A DNA stretch of 64,000 bases from Podospora anserina (taxonomy: Eukaryota). Under the pieces are notes generated by a model. That model worked only from the letters and a program-made list of their open reading frames with translations. It had not been told where the DNA came from and searched no databases. Position 1 is the stretch's first letter; the number at the start of each line of letters is the position of its first letter. Below, piece after piece: positions 48,452 to 62,494 of this stretch. Location of the stretch: positions 5,704,001-5,768,000 of the forward strand of contig CM030332.1 in assembly GCA_017654855.1 (NCBI GenBank). Direction: 5' to 3'. The translations under genes and the position numbers were made by a program.

Positions 48452-49118
48452 TCAACTCCAATCAACAACCGTAGCATCCTTATAACACCTCACATTAACT
48501 GCATGATCATGACTCGAATGGCTCCCCGCCGGCAACTCATTCAACTCTGCACACTGCGGCACCAACTCAACCTCCACACAACCATCCGGCTTCTCCCCCC
48601 CTTCATACACATACTGCAACGTCAAAAAGTTCTGGTGATAATACGGCACCGTCGCATTACAAACCAAATACGTCCCCTCCCCCAACCCATTCACCAACGC
48701 CGCATTCACCTCCGGGTCCCCATCCACAGTATTATAACTCCCCGGCCCAGCATTGATGGCAATATTGTCAACCGGCGCCGTGGGGTCCTGCACCAGAATC
48801 CCAAACGGGGTCAGGGGCGTGGCAGCGTCAAAGATGACAGTTGTCTCTCCGTCTTCAACCTGGTCTAGGGTTCCATTTTCGTAAAAGACGTGTCCGTCGG
48901 TGAGGGTTGGTGGAGATGGTCGCTACGCGGAAGCCGGGGCCGGCGTGGATGCTGTTGACTGCGGCGTTGTTGACCGTGGGGGTGAAGTCGGCGTCGGGGT
49001 TGGTGACGTGCACGACGAGGATGAAGCCCGGGGAGAAGTCGTTGGGTGTTTTGGCACTGCCTGTGGCCAGGGCTGCTGTTGCCAGGGCGAGGGTGGTGAG
49101 GATGGAAGAGGTGTACAT
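48452..49118 (-). pseudogene. Small secreted protein with a single +1 frameshift
   Basis: Signal peptide MYTSSILTTLALATAALA. Removing one base of the GGG run at ~48904-48906 joins ...ATISTN to LTDGHVFYENGT... and on to the Cys-containing ORF 48452-48793. Confidence 0.7.
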
Positions 49119-50322
49119 TTTGATGACGGTCAAGAGTCTAAAGGTAGGTAATTCGTTGGCGATGTGTGTGATGTCAACATTGGGAAAAAGAGAGACGGCA
49201 AAAAGAAAGAATGCTGTCTTTATGTCCATGACATGTCGTCTCCACGCCTGCCACTTAGCTCGGGTGATTTATCCTCGATCCAGGTATTTGCGGGGTTGGC
49301 CACGGGAATGGGCGAGCTCAATCACAACCTCATCCGCGATTGTGTAAATTGCTCCAGTATTCACGGCGACCAAGGAGACATTTCGGCCATACACGGTGTG
49401 AATCGTTGCATGTTGGCCGTGACACCAGACGTTCTCAGCGGCGTGGGGTCCATCGATACGAGGAGGTTGAGAGTGGGCGGGTTGAAGATCGCCAAAAACG
49501 AGGGACGATGTCACGCTGGTGGTGTCGGCAGGGGAATGACGGCATACGACCCGTAGGGACAGAGGTAGGACCAGCACACTTCAGAAACCGCCTGTGCCAG
49601 CCAGTGAAGAGGGCAGCCAGGGGTGACCAAATTCAGCAACAGCAGCAGTCCACGGCAATATTTCGAGGAACGACTGACTGAGAAACCGTTGCATGTTCCA
49701 ATATTCAAGGGCCCCTACATTCAAGTAGACACAAATGGACCCTGGTGTCACTGAGGGTCGATGAAGTTACCGTGCAAGCTTTGAGTTCAACTGCTTCTCA
49801 ATCACTTCTAAGTTGTGCGGTTCGCGGCGGGTTAACGAAGTCTTGAACAAGACAATAGGTTCAAAGGGAAAGGTCTCGCAGAAGTATCCCAAGTCACGGC
49901 CGTCATTTCTCCATTGGTTTGGGACCAAGCAAGCGCCTCATGTAAGCTTATTTCGACCCCGTTGAGGACTTACCAACATATTGGTGGGGCTTATCAATTG
50001 TCCTCGGACAGGCGGGGAGATCCGAGACAGCGACGGGGACATCGTGGATATGGCCTTCTGGTGTCCTTCACTGTCTCGGGTTGTATGTTCCTGTATCATG
50101 TGTTGGCAGTCACCCATCCGATGGTGTCCATGTGAAATGTTTGATATGTGCTCTCCTATTTCCAGATCCCATCAACAAGTAAACAAAGTAACCGGTAATA
50201 TCACTAGGCAAATGGATATCCAAAACCACCGTGCAAACCCAACACGCTCACCCAACATTATCCAAGAAACGAAACCCCTGATTACGTAGCCCAGTATCAT
50301 GGCAACCCGAGGTGCCAAAACA

Positions 50323-51591
50323 CTACCAAACCATCCCGTGACTTCCCTTGCCCACTCTAGCCTGGCCAAGCCGCTTCTTCTCCCTCACTTTGTTCCCCCT
50401 CAGCAAATCCTTCAGTCCCATCAGGAATACGCTGATGAGCGTAACACCAATGACAAGTGCTATTGACAGTATAACAATAATGGGGAAATACAACGACACG
50501 TTCATGAAACGCTTCCATCCCTCCGGGCCAGGTATGTCGTAGTTCGTCTCATTGGCCACCTCGATAGCAGCAAGCGTCACCTGCATCGAGTTGAGAATGA
50601 CCGAGCACACCGCAAATGCCGTAATCAAGGGCGCAAGAATATGTGACAAGAACGAGCCCCACTGCGGCAACAGGTGGAAGTACGCAAGGTTGAAGCGGAA
50701 GAACATGGCGGCCCGGTTGATGCGTGTGAGGCGGAGCTCGCCGTACTTAAAACGGCGACTGACATGCTTGTCGCCCACCAGCGAGAAGGGCTCGATAAAC
50801 TCGCACCATTCCTCATAAGTCGGAAACTTTCCATTGTCCTTCCGTGGCATGAGCTTCTTCTTGCAGGCCTCGTGGAAATCGATCTCGAACCGGATAATGT
50901 GGTAGTAGCTGCGCATGAAACCGAGAGAAGCACGGTAGACTTCGGGGTCGGCATGTGCGATGTACATCCAGAAAGCCCTGGAAAAGAAATATGGGGGGAT
51001 GGGCTTCATGAAAATGGTCTCGTAATACCACACCAAATGAAGCCCTGGCTCTTCATCCACCACAATCCTCCGGGTATGGGCGGCATGATGGTGGAGTGCG
51101 TTGATGTGGTCGTAGGCGGGTGTTTGGACGAAGATGTAGCGCATCAAGGGAAGAAGCTGATCTAGCTTATCCGTGAGATGCCATCGACGTAAATAGCCAT
51201 CAACCTTGCCCTCGGGGCCATCGACATGTCGTGCCCGCTCACCAAGCCGTATGCGTGGCTGGCCAGGCAGGTATGCTTTGTTTGGGTCTTTGGACTTGAG
51301 CAACCATGTCGTTGGTCGCTTCGAGTCTGTGTTTTCCCCATCTTCAACCCGTACATACTCCAGTTGTGTATTTAGTTCTATCGCCAATCCCTCGAACTCG
51401 AAAGACATATGTGCGCCGCCATTTGCATGTGGAGGGTGGTTTATATTGGCCTCAACCGCCGTTGGACTTAGTACGGGATTAACTTCTTTGAGATCAGGCG
51501 GAGGGGTTGATAGAGAGACTGATGGTGGTGGTGGACGGGGTTTTGCTGGTTGTCGTGGTTGTGTCTCTGCCGGCGTCTGAGTCGCAGCCAT
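50323..51591 (-). CDS. DUF6601-like fungal membrane protein
   Basis: LHHH...RRIVVDEEPGLHLVWY...IFMKPIP, LGFMRSY, RFKYGELRLTRIN, two C-terminal TM helices. Family assignment is from recall of these motifs. Confidence 0.75.
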   Translation of the reverse strand: MAATQTPAETQPRQPAKPRPPPPSVSLSTPPPDLKEVNPVLSPTAVEANINHPPHANGGAHMSFEFEGLAIELNTQLEYVRVEDGENTDSKRPTTWLLKSKDPNKAYLPGQPRIRLGERARHVDGPEGKVDGYLRRWHLTDKLDQLLPLMRYIFVQTPAYDHINALHHHAAHTRRIVVDEEPGLHLVWYYETIFMKPIPPYFFSRAFWMYIAHADPEVYRASLGFMRSYYHIIRFEIDFHEACKKKLMPRKDNGKFPTYEEWCEFIEPFSLVGDKHVSRRFKYGELRLTRINRAAMFFRFNLAYFHLLPQWGSFLSHILAPLITAFAVCSVILNSMQVTLAAIEVANETNYDIPGPEGWKRFMNVSLYFPIIVILSIALVIGVTLISVFLMGLKDLLRGNKVREKKRLGQARVGKGSHGMVW

Positions 51592-52479
51592 GGTTTGCCT
51601 GTCGGGGAGACTACCCGGTAGGTTTGGGGTTTGGGTAACGGGGCTCGATTTGTGGGACGTCGTCGATCGGTGGAGAAGTGGGCGGTTGTGAGCAAGAAGC
51701 GCAAAGCCAGGCGAAGGTTATTATTCGAAAAGCCTTCCAGCTTCTTTACGTCTTTTATGTTGATGAGATGGGCCAATGTCAAGAGACAGCTTGCGCACTT
51801 TCAGAGCAAACGGCGTTGGGCTGCTGAGGAACATGAGAACCGGGGTGCGCGCGCTGTTGGCAGTCGGCATGGCACAGGTGACAGGGTTCAGCTGAGGGCC
51901 CATGTGCGCCAAGGTGTTACCACAGGTATGGTTCTTGGCGCATATTGGTTCAAGAGCCACCTCCCGTTTGGCTGACGACGCGGCACGCGCCGCCTGACCC
52001 ACCATCTCGAGACGAGGTGGTGCCTTACATCACTGCATCCAACTGCCGCATCCTTCGATCAAAATGCTGATAACATACAGTGATCGATGATAGATGCTGT
52101 GTAAATAAAGTCTTCAAGCTGGAATCTGAAAAAGTAGAGTTTGGTCAGGCGAAACAAGAATCCAACCACCACTCAAACCAACGTCTCTTTCGGCTGAGAG
52201 CCTTGACCAGGCAGACTGGCGGTGTAAACCTGAACTCCGGCTGACATTCATGGCCACCGCAAGCAAACAAAGAAAACTGGAACATGCAGCAAAAGATGCC
52301 GTTGATAATTTGCAGAAAAAACAACCCGACAACGAAAAAAAATATGAGAATGATATCTGCCCACCACCGCCCAAAGAATATGCCAATACGCCGTCTGTCC
52401 AACCTCCAGCTCATACTGGTACAACAGTATCCCGAATCTGCCGATCGATACTCCAAAGTCTGGTTAGAGCCCAGAGATA

Positions 52480-54282
52480 TCAGTCGTCATCCAACGTCAA
52501 GTCAATCACCTCGGTCGCCAGTCTCTTGACGCCTCGAGGTGTTGAGTATGGTGGCCTAATCCGAGCGTGGCGCTCTACCTGCACGGCCATGACAGGGGGG
52601 AGCCGAGTTGTGGATGTGTTGATGCGGCTGGCAGATATTGGAGCCAGCACTCGCGAAGTAGCCGGAGTAACGGTAGAATGTCGAGAAGATGATGGGGTCA
52701 GCACCGTGGGATTGCCCATTTTGCCGCTAGGCACAGGCGTGGGAGGCTGCGACCTTGTTGAGCCAGGTGTTGGCTTCGCCCCATGTATGTCTTTCAACGC
52801 TCCTCTAGCTTGTGCACCCCTCTGATCTGCCTCGGCCTTCATTTTCTTGAGGTTCTCATTGATCAACTGGTGTGCTCTTTGTCTTGCTTGATGGTCATCC
52901 CCAGCGACCATCATCGCCAGCCCTGTCATCGCCTTTTTGAGTTTCCCTCGCCTTCTGTCTTTCTTCAGCCTCCTTGGCAGCATGCTTTTCCCTAATTGCA
53001 GCACGCTTTGCCTCGATTTCCTCGAGCGCTTTCTCGACCTCTTGGGCGGCAAGGAGCGCCGTTTTGTGCTTCATCTTTGCTGCAACAAACATCGGCGCAA
53101 CCGAGTTGGTTTTCTTGTTGCTTTTCTGGTTGCTCTCCTGATTCCTTTCCTTGTTCCTTTCCATCTTCTTCCTGTACCGTACCTCCATGAGCACTTTTTC
53201 GACCATCTCATGCTCCTTGGACTCGTGCATTGCTAGCAAAGCCTACGCACCTTCGACCTTGTTCTTAACCGCAAGTCGAAGGTTCGCCCTTTGAGCGGCA
53301 GCATCGACCCAAACCCGGCGAGTCGCTTCATTGGTTCTGGTCCAAGTCGCTCGAGTTGTTTCTCCAAGGCTGTACAGGCGTATGTTCAAAAGTTGGACCA
53401 AGTAATCATAGCCTCTCCGATCTCTATCGTTTATTGTATGAGGATCGCAGGTGGGTGTATTGCCCGTGGTTGCCTGTGTTGTGCCCTGCTGTTGACACTC
53501 AACTATGGCACTGGGTGCTTGTGAAGGCACGCCAGGCTTGGGCACTTGCTAGGGAGGCTTGGGCACTTGCTAGGGAGGCTGGGGTGGGTTGCTGGTCGAG
53601 ACGCCCATGTTGCCGGCTGTTCGGTGTTGGGTTTCTTCTTCAGATCAGGCACCCCAAATATATGGAAGCTTCCTCGGTTATCGGGTGGGTTTTAATACAG
53701 CTGGTCGCCAACGCTATAACGTTTATGGGCAATGGGATACAAGGCTGGAGGGGTTGCATGTAGTGGCGCAGCTGTCAGTCCTGGTACTGGGAACCTGCCC
53801 GGGGGCGTTGGGTGATGTGCTGCTGCTGCTGGTGTTGGCGTGGACACCGGGTACATTCCTGAAGGTGGCGGATACAGTGATGACGATGTCAACATCGGGG
53901 TTGGATAACGGCTTGCTGCTGTTGCCATTGGCTGTGGAGTCATTGTTCGTACTGGTGCTGGCAGCATTGCTGGTGCCGCTGGTGGTGGGTATGGTATCGG
54001 CGCTGACGGCACTGCATGACCCAATGTCTGCACCGAAGCCCGGCCTAAAAGCAAAATAACCCGAGCAACCGGCAAACCCCCCATCAGCTCCTCAACAGGC
54101 ACGGGCATGGCATTCCCGGGGCGAGGCGGTTTACCCCAATCCAACAGTTGAACAGCATAGGCACCCAGTATAGCCCTGATTCCAGGTGTATTTACTGTTA
54201 CAAGTGCATCCTTGGCCTTTGACGCTTTCGCCAACCACGCGTCCTTGGCTGCTTTGCTAGGAGTTACAACCTTTGGTGGCAA
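52480..54282 (-). pseudogene. Decayed Pro-rich / coiled-coil hypothetical gene
   Basis: Consecutive same-strand ORFs separated by an in-frame TAG (53243-53245) and by frameshifts; no ATG at the apparent 5' end. Confidence 0.45.
53534..53580. repeat. 21-bp tandem repeat AGGCTTGGGCACTTGCTAGGG, two copies plus a partial third
   Basis: Seen directly in the sequence. Confidence 0.85.
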
Positions 54283-54327
54283 CGAGACTGCCGTTATCCC
54301 GGGAAAATTGACAGTGTGTCAAGTAAG

Positions 54328-56259
54328 TCAAGGGCAAGTAAGAGTCATTGGCATGCTGAGCCTTTGCGGGATAAAGGGGAAAGTATATGCGAATGGCTTT
54401 TGTAGTACTCTCGAAAACAACTTCACCACGCCACATAAGCGGCATGGGCAAATTACACCTGGAAAATTGGGATTCCAAACCCACGCTTCTTCCGGTATGG
54501 ACCCAACACACCGAGCAAAATTTGTTTCCAAGATGGTGGCAAACATGTGCCGGTATCGAGGCGCCAGAAACGACGTGTGTCGTGCACTGAGCCTTCGGAG
54601 GAGAGGGACCCAAAGCAGTGAAAATTGCTTGGTTTCGATAGCACCCGCGCCAGCCGTAACTTTGAAGGCCGGTGACCTGAGCAGCGCGTCATGTGTCTTG
54701 TCTTCGAGAAGCCCAAACACAAAGTCGGAGAGGCGGTCAGGGTCCACAGCTCCTGATGGGACAGGTTTTGGTTGTGCGAAATCGACGAGCTTGTTGCTGA
54801 TTTCTTCTTCGGGTTCCAATGAACTGTAGAAGAGTTTAGAGATGTCAAGTACATCGATCACCTGTGTAGCAACGTGTGTGTAGTATGTCGTATGGATATC
54901 GGACCGAGCAGAAAGGTGTTCGCGAAGCTGACGAAGTCCGTTCAAAACCCCAAGCACAAACGGGATCTGCTTGATGTGGCTTTCAACGACAGTCCCCAAT
55001 CTGTCACGAATGGCATCCGGGCCAAGCACAACGCCAACAACCGAAACCAAGCCTTCTCCGTCCCGAGTTCCTGGCGCATGACTGTCTACCGCTTCCAAAG
55101 CTATCCCTGCCAGCTTTTTCAGTAGCGACTTTGAATCATCGTCACCCAATCAGCTATAGCCTGACACCGATGATGCGCGTCATGCGTATGTCAAAATTGC
55201 GGCGACAAGCCCCTTCTCGATATCCTTCATGGCCAAACTACCAGCCTTGACCATTCCTGCAACCCAGTAGAAGAAGCTCGACGACATTCGGCCCTCAGTC
55301 TGAGATGCAGCCTTTTCGAAGAATTCGAAGTCCTTTGTCTCCAGAATCGCCTTCAATATCCGATCCACATCATGATGAGGGAGGATTGCTAACCCTTTGT
55401 TCTTGTCCAAGTCCCAAACCTTTGCACAGAGATCTCGAAAAACCAGCATATTTCGAACTGGGAAGTTCCAGGGCCTGTTGGGCCGCTTGTTCGTGTTGAT
55501 ATACCAGCAAGCAAGCTTTTGCACCATTTTTTGTTCCAGATGGTATCGGCTTGTCAACATACTGTGGGGCCCTCCGCTGCCTCCATCAAAAAATCAGCAG
55601 CGCTGTCACGGGCGACCAGTACAATTGCGGCCTCCAAAGTCGAATCCTGCCCCTTGAGGGAAGGGAGGTCTGGTTGAAGCCGATTTCGATCATCGACAGG
55701 AATGTCGACAAGAAGCTCTTTTCCATTCTCCACTAGACGGCGGATAAGGTAGCTCGTAGGCATGTTGGCGACTGGGGAGTCTTCCCTCTCCATTACAGCA
55801 AAGAAGATTTCCTAGGGTATCTCCTGCTGAAGCTGAAGCTTGATCAAGGCATCGGCGATCACCTTATCCCGGCCTTCCAGCCGCTCAGGTACGTTTTTCT
55901 CGAGATATGTGTTGTCGAGGCGATAAAACAGGTGGTTCGTAGGTCTGTGAGCTTTCGGCTGGTCGAGCCCATTGCATCAGGGCAAGGCGGAGGTAGACAG
56001 TGTCGTCAGTCTTTCCTCGAATTTCTTCGAATTCTGAGCGAAGCCCAGCTTTGAGGTCGTCGAAAGCATCCTGTTGGAGCAGATCAAGAAACGAGATGCG
56101 TTCTTTCCCGTCGCGCGCGTCGATATCGGAGTCGTCATCGCTGATGATTGAGATTGGCGAGTATTTGCTGGTCTTTGTCGGTCGCAATGGGGTCTTGCTG
56201 GCGTGAGCGGTGCGGCGCATACCTTTTTCTTTGGTGGTAGCATTATAACGAGGCGGCAT
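54328..56259 (-). pseudogene. Decayed gene resembling the C-terminal helical/CxCxxC region of large fungal 2OG-Fe(II) oxygenase-domain proteins
   Basis: Four collinear minus-strand ORF fragments broken by stops and frameshifts; WVPLLRRL...VGSIP...W...VICPCRLC motif. No oxygenase domain is visible. Confidence 0.4.
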
Positions 56260-56523
56260 TGGACGCGACTTGAGCTCCAAAAACCTGGCTGCCACTCGAC
56301 GCGTTAATTGGAATGGGATGCGCCTTGCATGAGTTGGGCCACAAAAGTTTTCGGGCCCGTGGGTTAGGGTTGACCAGGGGAGCATCTGGCTCATCACCCA
56401 CACTGAGCACAGACTGAGGCAAGCAGGTCTACAACATCGCTGCTCGGTCCTGCGGTCTGATGTTGTCGAAAAATGAGGATCTCTTATCTTTCTTGATTGT
56501 GGGGTTACCTCCCTAACATGGAA

Positions 56524-58106
<1,583 letters not shown>

Positions 58107-58419
58107 TTTACGGTGACAGGTGAGACCCATGCGCAAGTACTACTCTGGCAATTTGAGGGCCGTTGGGACCTTTAAATGCGCTGAGTTGGAAATTCTGGGC
58201 CAAACAACTCGTACGACGTTGAATCATGTGGTTGCAATCCCGTGGGGGAACTACCACACTGATTTGTTCAACATGGCTGCATGGCTCTTTATGTGATTTC
58301 ACTATTTGCAGAGAAAATATGCTTCTATGCCAATATTTCTCAGCGCTAGTGCTGCACAACACATCTGTTGAAGATTTGGGCAGCACTTGCATGCATAAAC
58401 ACATACTTACTTTTGCCGT

Positions 58420-59174
58420 TACTAATATACGGAAAAAAGTGGGTGCCTATAAAATTTAGAAAACCTAGTTATATTGAACTATTAATTAAAGACTAGGGAA
58501 AGATAAAAGAAACCTAACTAATGGTTTGGGGTGCGGCCACAGGCCTGAGAGTATGAGTAAGGAAGCGGGGCTCTCGGAGGACTCAGGGGTTCAGGGGTCA
58601 TGTATATAAGCGGTCTGCTTCGGACATTCTATTTTAGACAAAATCATCGACTTTTATTTTTCTTTGTATTTTGTGCCTTGCACGCGTGCAGGCAATTCTG
58701 GCCCTCTGATCAGGCCAATCCGGTGCGTATTATGTGGCCTGTGAGCCCATAGTGTCTTTTCTTTGTCCTACGTGAAGTGCGGCCTGCGAGCGAGTCACTG
58801 TCACGCAGGTGTGTTCATTCTGAGACCTGTTGAGGGTATATTTGTGGTGTTGTGGTTGTTTTGTGTGTTTTCTCACCATTTCACTAAAAAATAAAAGAAA
58901 GTCGATTTAAATAAACTAAAAATACTAGCAAAAGCTAAAATGCTTTAAAATAGTTTATTAGGGCTAAAATTATCTAGAATTATAAAGCTTTTTACATTTT
59001 TTATTATAAATAAATAGAATAATTTTATTATTATATTAGTAGTTTAAGTTATAGAATTTTAATTAATTTAATATAACCTACATTAACTGATCTATTTATA
59101 TATTTTTTTATTTTATAAATAATATATCATGAAAAGTTTATTGATTTTATTTAAACTTTAAGAAAGTAAATAAA
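58420..59174. mobile_element. Heavily RIP-mutated AT-rich transposon relic, interrupted by solo-LTR copy 2
   Basis: Very AT-rich and TpA-rich, depleted of CpA/TpG, no ORFs. Confidence 0.65.
58519..58883. mobile_element. Solo-LTR-like dispersed repeat, copy 2
   Basis: Direct-orientation homolog of 28870-29233; flanks CTAAC / CTAAA resemble a 5-bp target-site duplication. Confidence 0.75.
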
Positions 59175-59571
59175 TGTCACAGTTAAGCCAACAGGCAAGA
59201 CGGATGTCACAATCATTGATGAGGAACCAACGCACGGGGCGCGGGACGCTCCTAGCCAATCATTACGGACCAATCGGAAGTGGAGCGAAAGGCTCGCGGT
59301 GATCCAGGTGAGCGGAGCGACAGGATCACGACGAGCATAGTGAGCCACAGGAAGGAAAGGTGATCCACAGGTCTATATATACGGAGGAACTGGCTGGTGT
59401 AGATAGACAGTTCCGCAGTATGCAATTTACAAGTCACAATCGTGGTATCTTAGCTATTGTGATTTAGACAAGCCATTTGTTGTACACTGTTTAGCTGTAC
59501 CGAACCAGGATTGTTCAGAAGTGCCTTCAACCAGTACCCCTTTCAGAGGTTCTGGATAGGGGTTCGTCACA
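59175..59571 (+). mobile_element. Solo LTR of a second family (TGTCAC...CGTCACA)
   Basis: TG...CA ends, internal TATATATA, flanks ATAAA / ATAAG as a probable 5-bp TSD. Confidence 0.7.
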
Positions 59572-59715
59572 ATAAGTTACAATCATTAGTATCAAGACTA
59601 TTGTAATTGAGATAAGCTATCTGTTGTACAATGTTTAGCTGTACCGAACAAGGATTGTTTAGAAGTGCCTTCAATCAGTATCCCTTTCAGAGGTTCTGGA
59701 AAAGGGTTCGTCACA
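59572..59715 (+). mobile_element. 3' fragment of another copy of the same LTR family
   Basis: Repeats 59431-59571 with substitutions and ends in the same GGTTCGTCACA. Confidence 0.75.
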
Positions 59716-59946
59716 AAGAGTCTTAAAGATATATATTTATTTTTTCTCGGTAACCCGTACCCTATAGCTTTAGGCTATTAGTAGGGTATTACTAAGGTCC
59801 CTAATATATTGAGTTAACCAATACTATTCCTTTGATAGCCGCGTGGTGCTTGATTGCCTGCGTTACTTTTTAACCACCGGCTCTCGAGGTGTAGGTAGAT
59901 AATAGTGAGGCCGTGGTGTGACCAATTAGTCCGTTGACGTGTGACA
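59716..59946 (-). mobile_element. Probable further LTR fragment in reverse orientation
   Basis: Ends GTGACA (reverse complement TGTCAC) at the border with gene-like DNA; TpA-rich interior. Confidence 0.35.
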
Positions 59947-60142
59947 GGATTAAAATTCCAAATCGTGGATTCGAAATATGGATCCGGAGTCACGGAATGT
60001 TACCCTGGCAGGAAGAGATCCTGTCTGAAGTGCTCAAGGAGAACGCGCTGGCAACGATCACTGCAGTTGTTGCTTCCCTACGCAGATTGCTGGCGATAAG
60101 GAACATTCGTCCTATCCACACTGCAGCTCAGATTCCGGCACC

Positions 60143-61615
60143 TCACTCCCCCGCAACTGGGGTCTTCACCATCAAATACAGAAGAGAATGCACAACCTCA
60201 GCAGCCGCCACGCCCGTTGTCTCACCAGCACCATCATAAGCCGGCGCAACTTCCACAACATCAGCACCCACAACTTTGAGCCCAACCAGTCCGTCAAGGA
60301 TAGTCAGTAGCTCCCTCGACGTCCAACCACCCGGCTCAGCAGTTCCCGTTGCTGCATCATTCATTAATCACACTATCACCCGGTTTTGTTCAACATGACA
60401 ACTTACCAGGAGCAAAAGCAGGATCCAGAACATCAATGTCAACACTGATATAGATTTTCGCGTCTCCAACCCTGGATTTCAGCCTCTCGATAATCCCGCT
60501 GATACCAAAACGGTCAAGATCCCTGGAGGTAACAAAATCAAACCCGCAACGGCGATCATTCTTCATGTCTTTGACTGGGTGGGCAAGAGGTGCCCGGATG
60601 CCTGCGTGAATGCTGGAGTTTGTAATGAGCCCCTGTATTTTCCGTCAGCTGAGTTTAAAACGTGGTTGTTTTCATGAGACTTGCCTCCTCGTGGGCAATG
60701 TGAAGGAAGGTTCCGTGGTTTACCGCTCTGGAACTTTTGTCAGCAGATGGGTTTGTTGAAAGAAGGAGAGAAGTGGTCATACCCATAGTCAGAAACATCA
60801 CCACCCAACACCTTGGGGTTCCAAGTATCTTAATCATGTACAATATCAGCCTTTGACCCAAAACCATTGCACGGTAACTGGCCGAAACCCACCGATATGA
60901 GCATCGAAATGAATAACAGAGAGTTTCCCCCATTTCTTGTACGCTGCCCTCAACGCAGACAGCGTGGTGGTATGATCACCTCCCAAGTTGATAATCCTCG
61001 GGACAGGGGACAGGTCCCTAGAAACAGGAGAGCGGGCATTGATGATATCGTGGCCGGTTTCCAGCTGTTTGAGCGCGACGGTGTTGTCCAGTCTGGTCAT
61101 TGGGACGTCTCCGCAGTCGACGATTTTGACGTTGCTTTTGAAGACGTTTTCCCCTGGATTTTGTCAGTTGATTGTGCGTCAAGGGTTTGTTGGTGCTGGT
61201 GACTGGGCTCACCGGTGTATAAACTCCATGCTGCATCTGCGTAAATGCGCGAGGAGCCAGATCTGATTGCTCCGGGGCCGAAGCGGGCTCCTGGTCGGCC
61301 GGTTGTTGCCTGTGGGAGATGGTTAGTTGATGGGGAGTTTTCAGCGGATGGGGCAGCGCTTACAGTGTCAAATGGTGCACCGAGGACGGCGATGTCATAT
61401 TTGAGGCTGTCACGCTTTGAGAGACAGGGCAGATATGGAATGTTGGCATAAGTTGTTAAGCCCCATGGTGTGTCTTCGTTGTCGAACGTGGGTGCGGTAG
61501 ATAGGGGGGTTTGGGCGAGGTATCGAAAGTTATTCTGGGCTTCCAAGCTGTGAGCGACATTGACCAGGGCGAAGCCAATGGACAGCCACACCAGGGAATG
61601 GACAGTGTCTTGCAT
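60143..61615 (-). CDS. Agmatinase / ureohydrolase (arginase family) with N-terminal signal-like peptide, multi-exon
   Basis: GAPFDT, RPGARFGP, GGDHT, HFDAHID, NHGT, SVDIDVLDPAFAP|ATGTAEPGG, DVVEVAP. Confidence 0.92.
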
Positions 61616-62494
61616 ATTCGGATTCAATAGAGTTGTTTCAACCTTTCAGTTTGTGATGTGACACAAAGGGCTTGGAGCGGGGATGATGGGGTGTAAGCGA
61701 ATGGCTACGGGAATGTTCTTGGGGATGACTCTTGAGTGGAGATGGTACGTAAACAAAGCGCTAATCCGACAACTACCTACCTAGATTGAGGGACCAGGTA
61801 CGGAGTAGATTTCTGTCGTTTATATATTCTTCCCCATCAGATGCATTGAGTAAAATACGGAAAATATAAAGACATGCTTGAAGAGCACTGATCAAGGTTG
61901 TTTTGTTGGACACCAACACACCTCAAGACGATTTACGTCATGGTGGCCGGTACAACCCTAACCCCTATCAGATCCATGCTGTGGAGACAAACCCACCTTA
62001 CATGCTGCCTTCAGACTGCACCATTTCCAACCACCAGTCCTACACGATGCAAAACAACCCGCCAAGCCTCCAACCGATCGGTCAAGAAGCCTTTTGGCAG
62101 CTGAGATCCAAAACAAGTTACAACTCCATGCACCGAGGCGTTTTTTACAGCTGATGCCCCGTACTACGGAAGTTAACGCGCGCTAGAACGAGTAACTCGA
62201 AGCCTAGAGCGCTCTAGGCCAGGGTTTCTACATCTCGACATCAGTATTGGCCCATAAAAATCGCTTCGACGATGAGCTGAACAATCGAACTAACCGATCT
62301 TGGTAGTTCAGCTCCATTCATGATGCATTGTTCGCTGGTTCCCTCTCGATATGTTGCATCAACGTCACTTCTGCAAACCCCCAGACATAGACAATGAGAC
62401 GAGATAAATCTCTTCCTAGGGGCCAGTCCCTCTTCCAGCTCACTCGTTCTTCCGTCTCCTTCATCCCAATCTGTTGAGCATATCCCTCTGCATC

